64,000 bases of DNA, from NCBI RefSeq assembly GCF_964355755.1, contig NC_092677.1:3246101-3310100 (forward strand). Direction: 5' to 3'. This document shows positions 60,901 through 64,000 of the stretch, in pieces. The DNA is from Antedon mediterranea (Eukaryota; Animalia; Echinodermata). The position numbers were made by a program, and so were the translations under genes. The notes under the pieces were generated by a model. The model made no database searches. It saw nothing but the letters and a program-made list of their open reading frames with translations, and was not told the origin of the DNA. Positions within the stretch are counted from its first letter, which is position 1. The number at the start of each line of letters is the position of its first letter.

Positions 60901-63860
60901 TGACCTATGTGGCCAAATTTGGTGAGAATCGGATAAAAACTGTGACAAACACACAAACATACAGGGGTGAAAACATAACCTCCTTGGCGGAGGTAATAAG
61001 TTTTTAAAAAAAATGTCATTCTAAACATTGTAAATGAACATTTTCCGTAACATACCTGAGAGTGGCAAATCTGGATCTTGCGCAATAACTTCAACGTAAT
61101 AAGTATCTTTAATTTCCCGATCAAGTTCAACATTCCTGGTGAATATGTCACCATTGTCTTCGATTGTGAAGGTATTGGAGTCATCAACCAAACTGTATGT
61201 GTTTTGAGAGTTTGCGGGGGAGTCTGCGTCTGATGCTTCCACCGTCATTACGTATCGAATACCTGTATGAATAATACAAATATTTAAATAGTTGTGGCCT
61301 ACACTATCCAGGCCTCGTAATTTGGTAAATGAAATATTTGGAAGTCTTATGAAAGCATTTTAAACTATATTTGACGAATAAAGTTTATCTATCATTCTTG
61401 AACCTTGACTTGACTTTTTTGTTTTTGTTCTGTGTATTGTGATATTTTGTATATTTTGTAAGATCATTTTAATCCAGACCTTTTTATTTGAATTGCCCCG
61501 TGTGGGATGATTAAAGAATTTTGAATTGAATTGAATTGAATTATCAGTGCATGTACCTGTTCCTTCAGCAATCTTGCCTTCATACTCAGCCTCATTGAAT
61601 TCAGGAGGGTTGTCATTGATATCTCCAACTTCAATGACCACATCTGCTGCGCCCTTACTTCCACCTTCGTCTTCAGCTACAGCAAGAAAATGCCATTCCG
61701 CTTTGTATTCGTAGTCCAAAGCTTGAAGCAGTCGTATCTCTCCAGACAATCGATCAATACTGAAATAAGCGTTGTTTTCGTACTCGAGTGAGTACGTGAT
61801 CGTCCCGGATTGGGCATCAGCATCGGTAGCCGTCACCTTTTCAGATAAAAAAAAATTTTTTTTTAAAATTGTAAAATTGTTAATTAGCAAATGAGAGAGA
61901 GAATGAGAGATCACAAATCAATCATCATATTGTACAGTATTGGTAATCAGACAATTTTATTTTTCTTAGTATTTTTGATTGCCTTAATCGATTATAGTAC
62001 CTCTTGCAAATTAACTTTCTTAGAAATTGTAACTGTTAAATTATATTCAAATTGTTCTGATTTTCTGAAATAAAGTTTACAATAGATATTAAATAAAACA
62101 TTTTTAAAATGTTTAAACTAACCTGTAAAATTACACCTATCTCGTTGTCATCTTCCTCCTTCAAATCCTTGACGGTGTACACAGCCTGACCAAAAACTGG
62201 TATATTATCATTTGCATCCTGGACATAGATAATCAGTCTTGTAGAGTTTTCATTCAAACCATCTGTTACTACGTAGTCTAGCTCGTACCTCTCGATGCTT
62301 TCAAAGTCCAACATAGCAGCTACTTTAACGTCGCCTGTGTCGGAATCTACTTCAAAGACCGCGTTTTGATATTCCATGTCACCGGGGTAGGTTTTCCCGC
62401 CAGCTATTAAGTAGTTTAGTTCGCTATCTGAAACACAAAACAAGATCAAAATACGTTGAAATGACACTTTGGTTCACATAGTTGTCTTCATATTTTTTTA
62501 CCTCCGCCAAGGAGGTATATGTAATCGGTAGCGTGTGTTTGTTTGTTTGTTTGTTTGTTTGTTAGCAGGATTACTCAAAGACTTGGAGTGGAGCTGTGGC
62601 TTGGTGGTTATGATGCTTGGCTACCAATCTAAGGGTCCTGGGTTCAAGTCCTGTCATATGTCAGGGTTTTTTTCTCATGACAATTTACAACTCCACTCCC
62701 AAAGACTTAATAATAAGTCTTTGTTTATGTAGAGCATCTTGTGTATATGTTTGTCTTGTGAAATTATTAAATAGTTTATCCATCCTGTAATTGGCGGGTT
62801 ACTCGCTGTTGGATGAGTATGAAATAAAAAAAAAAAAAAAAAAAAAAAAAAGAAAAAGTAATTACAAGATCTTTACCAAAATGAATATACAGATAGATAT
62901 GTGTTCAAGGACCATTCCATTAAATTTTGGGACCATTGTCCCAATTCTGGACCACTTTTTAGTATACTTTTCAGACCTGCTAGTGTTAAAAGATAGGACA
63001 GAATTTTTCAAAAGCTGGCGAGCAGTCTTAAAGTAACAAGTATACTGAAATTGCATTTTCTCGAGAACTACTTGTCCAAAAAACTTCATTTTTGTAAAAG
63101 AGGCAAGAGTTATAATTTGTGATTTGTAATTTTAAAACATAATTTGATTTAATGTTCACGTTTTTTTATGCCAGTAGTTTAAAAAACCTATTTTATTTTC
63201 AAATTCACTCGTTTGATTTTCGCGTTGCTGTTCTATTGTTAGTCAACTGAAGCTATTGTTAATTGAAAGGCTTGTTACATAACCATTACACCAAACTCGC
63301 ATACACATGCTTGTAGTGAAATTAGCCTAAATCACAAACAGCATTAAGACACACACAAATATATATATTTTTTTTTTTCCGGAGAAATCTTATGTAGGAG
63401 AATTTTACAGTAGGGGGAGGTATGCACTCTCGGAGTGGCTTTCTAGTTTTAAGAGAGGTCTCGGCACGGAAAGTTACAACTGAAAATTTATGCAAGCTGA
63501 TCTATATCTCAGTCTAAAATATTTGCAATTTAATATTGGACCATGTCAAAATAATTCTACTGCAGTTACTGCAGCAACTACAGTACTTTTCTAAAACCAT
63601 GTATGATTTTAATTTTTTCGAGTTTGCATTCACTGGGTAAAATAGATTCAAGAGTAAACGAAAAAATCGTTACTGCAGTAGAATCATTTTGACATGGTCC
63701 CTAAGCTGAATCATACCTTCGTCTTTGTCAGTTGCGGTTGTACGTGTGACGACGGTGCCGATCTGAGCACTCTCGATCACGTTGGCGCTGTACTCCACGT
63801 CATCAAAATATGGGTTGTTATCATTTATATCGATAATCTCAACACGCAGTGTTATTGTAG
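48930..63860 (-). CDS. Type III classical cadherin (DN-cadherin/LvG-cadherin-like); 3' part only, 5' end lies beyond the window
   Basis: Cadherin repeats (DINDNPP, DVNDNSP, DANDNIP, LDFE/LDYE/LDRE) from about 63860 to 57364. These are followed by the primitive classic cadherin/NC domain (RDIPEEAVYNSGSLRISG, 56260-55858), then EGF, LamG (54820-54472 onward), EGF, a second LamG (52976-52345) and EGF. The TM helix (ALIAIICTCLLFLL/VVLIILLLY) precedes the p120 site YDEEGGGE (about 49950) and the beta-catenin-binding tail PFDSLHVYDYEGEGSTAGSLSS...FKRLADMYGGGED*. Confidence 0.93.
49565..49770 (+). mobile_element. tRNA-derived SINE
   Basis: GAGTGGAGTTAGCTCGGTAG (A box), GGTTCAAGTCC (B box), shared body. 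Confidence 0.85.
50531..50689. mobile_element. hAT-like MITE
   Basis: CAGTGGCG...CGCCACAG termini and 8-bp TSD CACATCTC (50523-50530, 50690-50697). Confidence 0.85.
51156..51602. mobile_element. Two MITE family 1 copies (about 51156-51289 and 51469-51601)
   Basis: Family 1 TIRs and body, in opposite orientations. Confidence 0.8.
54168..54348 (+). mobile_element. tRNA-derived SINE
   Basis: GTGGAGTTGTGGCTTGGTAG (A box), GGTTCAAGTCC (B box), shared body. Confidence 0.85.
56332..56504. mobile_element. MITE family 1 copy with about 4 internal 21-bp units
   Basis: Family 1 TIRs; intermediate expansion of the ATATCACTACCATATTTGGGC unit. Confidence 0.85.
57284..57340. repeat. 12-bp tandem repeat
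   Basis: (TTAATGGTCACT) x about 4.5. Confidence 0.9.
58489..58631. mobile_element. MITE family 1 copy
   Basis: Family 1 TIRs and body, reverse orientation. Confidence 0.85.
60632..60999 (-). mobile_element. HINE/DINE-1-like non-autonomous Helentron-type element
   Basis: Reverse complement begins TTATTACCTCCGCCAAGGAGGTTATG with a GTTTGT-like microsatellite and ends GGCGGAGG..CTAGTT. Confidence 0.6.
62497..63448 (+). mobile_element. HINE/DINE-1-like element containing a SINE
   Basis: TTTACCTCCGCCAAGGAGGTA 5' hairpin, (GTTT)n, and a 3' GGGGAGGTATGCACTCTCGGAGTG..TTCTAGTT hairpin end. Confidence 0.6.
62585..62851 (+). mobile_element. Full-length tRNA-derived SINE with poly(A) tail
   Basis: A box TGGCTTGGTGG, B box GGTTCAAGTCC, shared 3' tail and a long A run. 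Confidence 0.9.
63538..63701. mobile_element. MITE family 4 copy
   Basis: TIR GGACCATGTCAAAATAATTCTACTGCAG...CTGCAGTAGAATCATTTTGACATGGTCC. Confidence 0.85.
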
Positions 63861-64000
63861 CTACAAAAAGAAAAATAAAATTACAAAATTATCTATATTA
63901 AGTTCTTTATTAAAAAATGTTCTTCCACATCTTGAGTTTGAAAAAATGCTCTCATGCATTTTGAGTTCGAAAAAATGTGCTCATGCCTACATCACACATT

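Noticed and set aside
62585-62660. tRNA gene
   Set aside because: A and B boxes are present, but it continues into a dispersed SINE body and tail and no clean cloverleaf is evident; the same applies to the other copies.

Overview
This is AT-rich, intron-rich animal genomic DNA, not prokaryotic. The type III classical cadherin and the repeat landscape suggest a marine invertebrate deuterostome such as an echinoderm, but that is inference. Four spliced genes can be reconstructed by eye. Two are tandem + strand paralogs of an RGSL1/RGS22-like multi-RGS-domain gene (1011-9065 and 10282-20836, 20 exons each, both apparently intact). On the - strand are a K-Cl cotransporter of the SLC12A4-7/KCC type (46482-23734, 23 exons) and the 3' part of a DN/LvG-type classical cadherin (>63860-48930). 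Introns hold many non-autonomous elements: a high-copy TA-flanked MITE, hAT-, piggyBac- and MuDR-like elements, HINE/DINE-like elements, tRNA-derived SINEs, a LINE tail and minisatellites. I found no convincing wholly new biological system. The best leads concern splicing. KCC has four minor-spliceosome (U12) introns and an intron built from 7 tandem copies of its own exon end plus donor site. The second RGSL paralog has three altered donors: two transposon insertions into the donor itself and one GT-to-GC switch. There is also a candidate alternative KCC first exon lacking the SPAK-docking motif, and a conserved RFX X-box upstream of both RGSL paralogs. Exon and element boundaries were read manually and may be off by a few bases.
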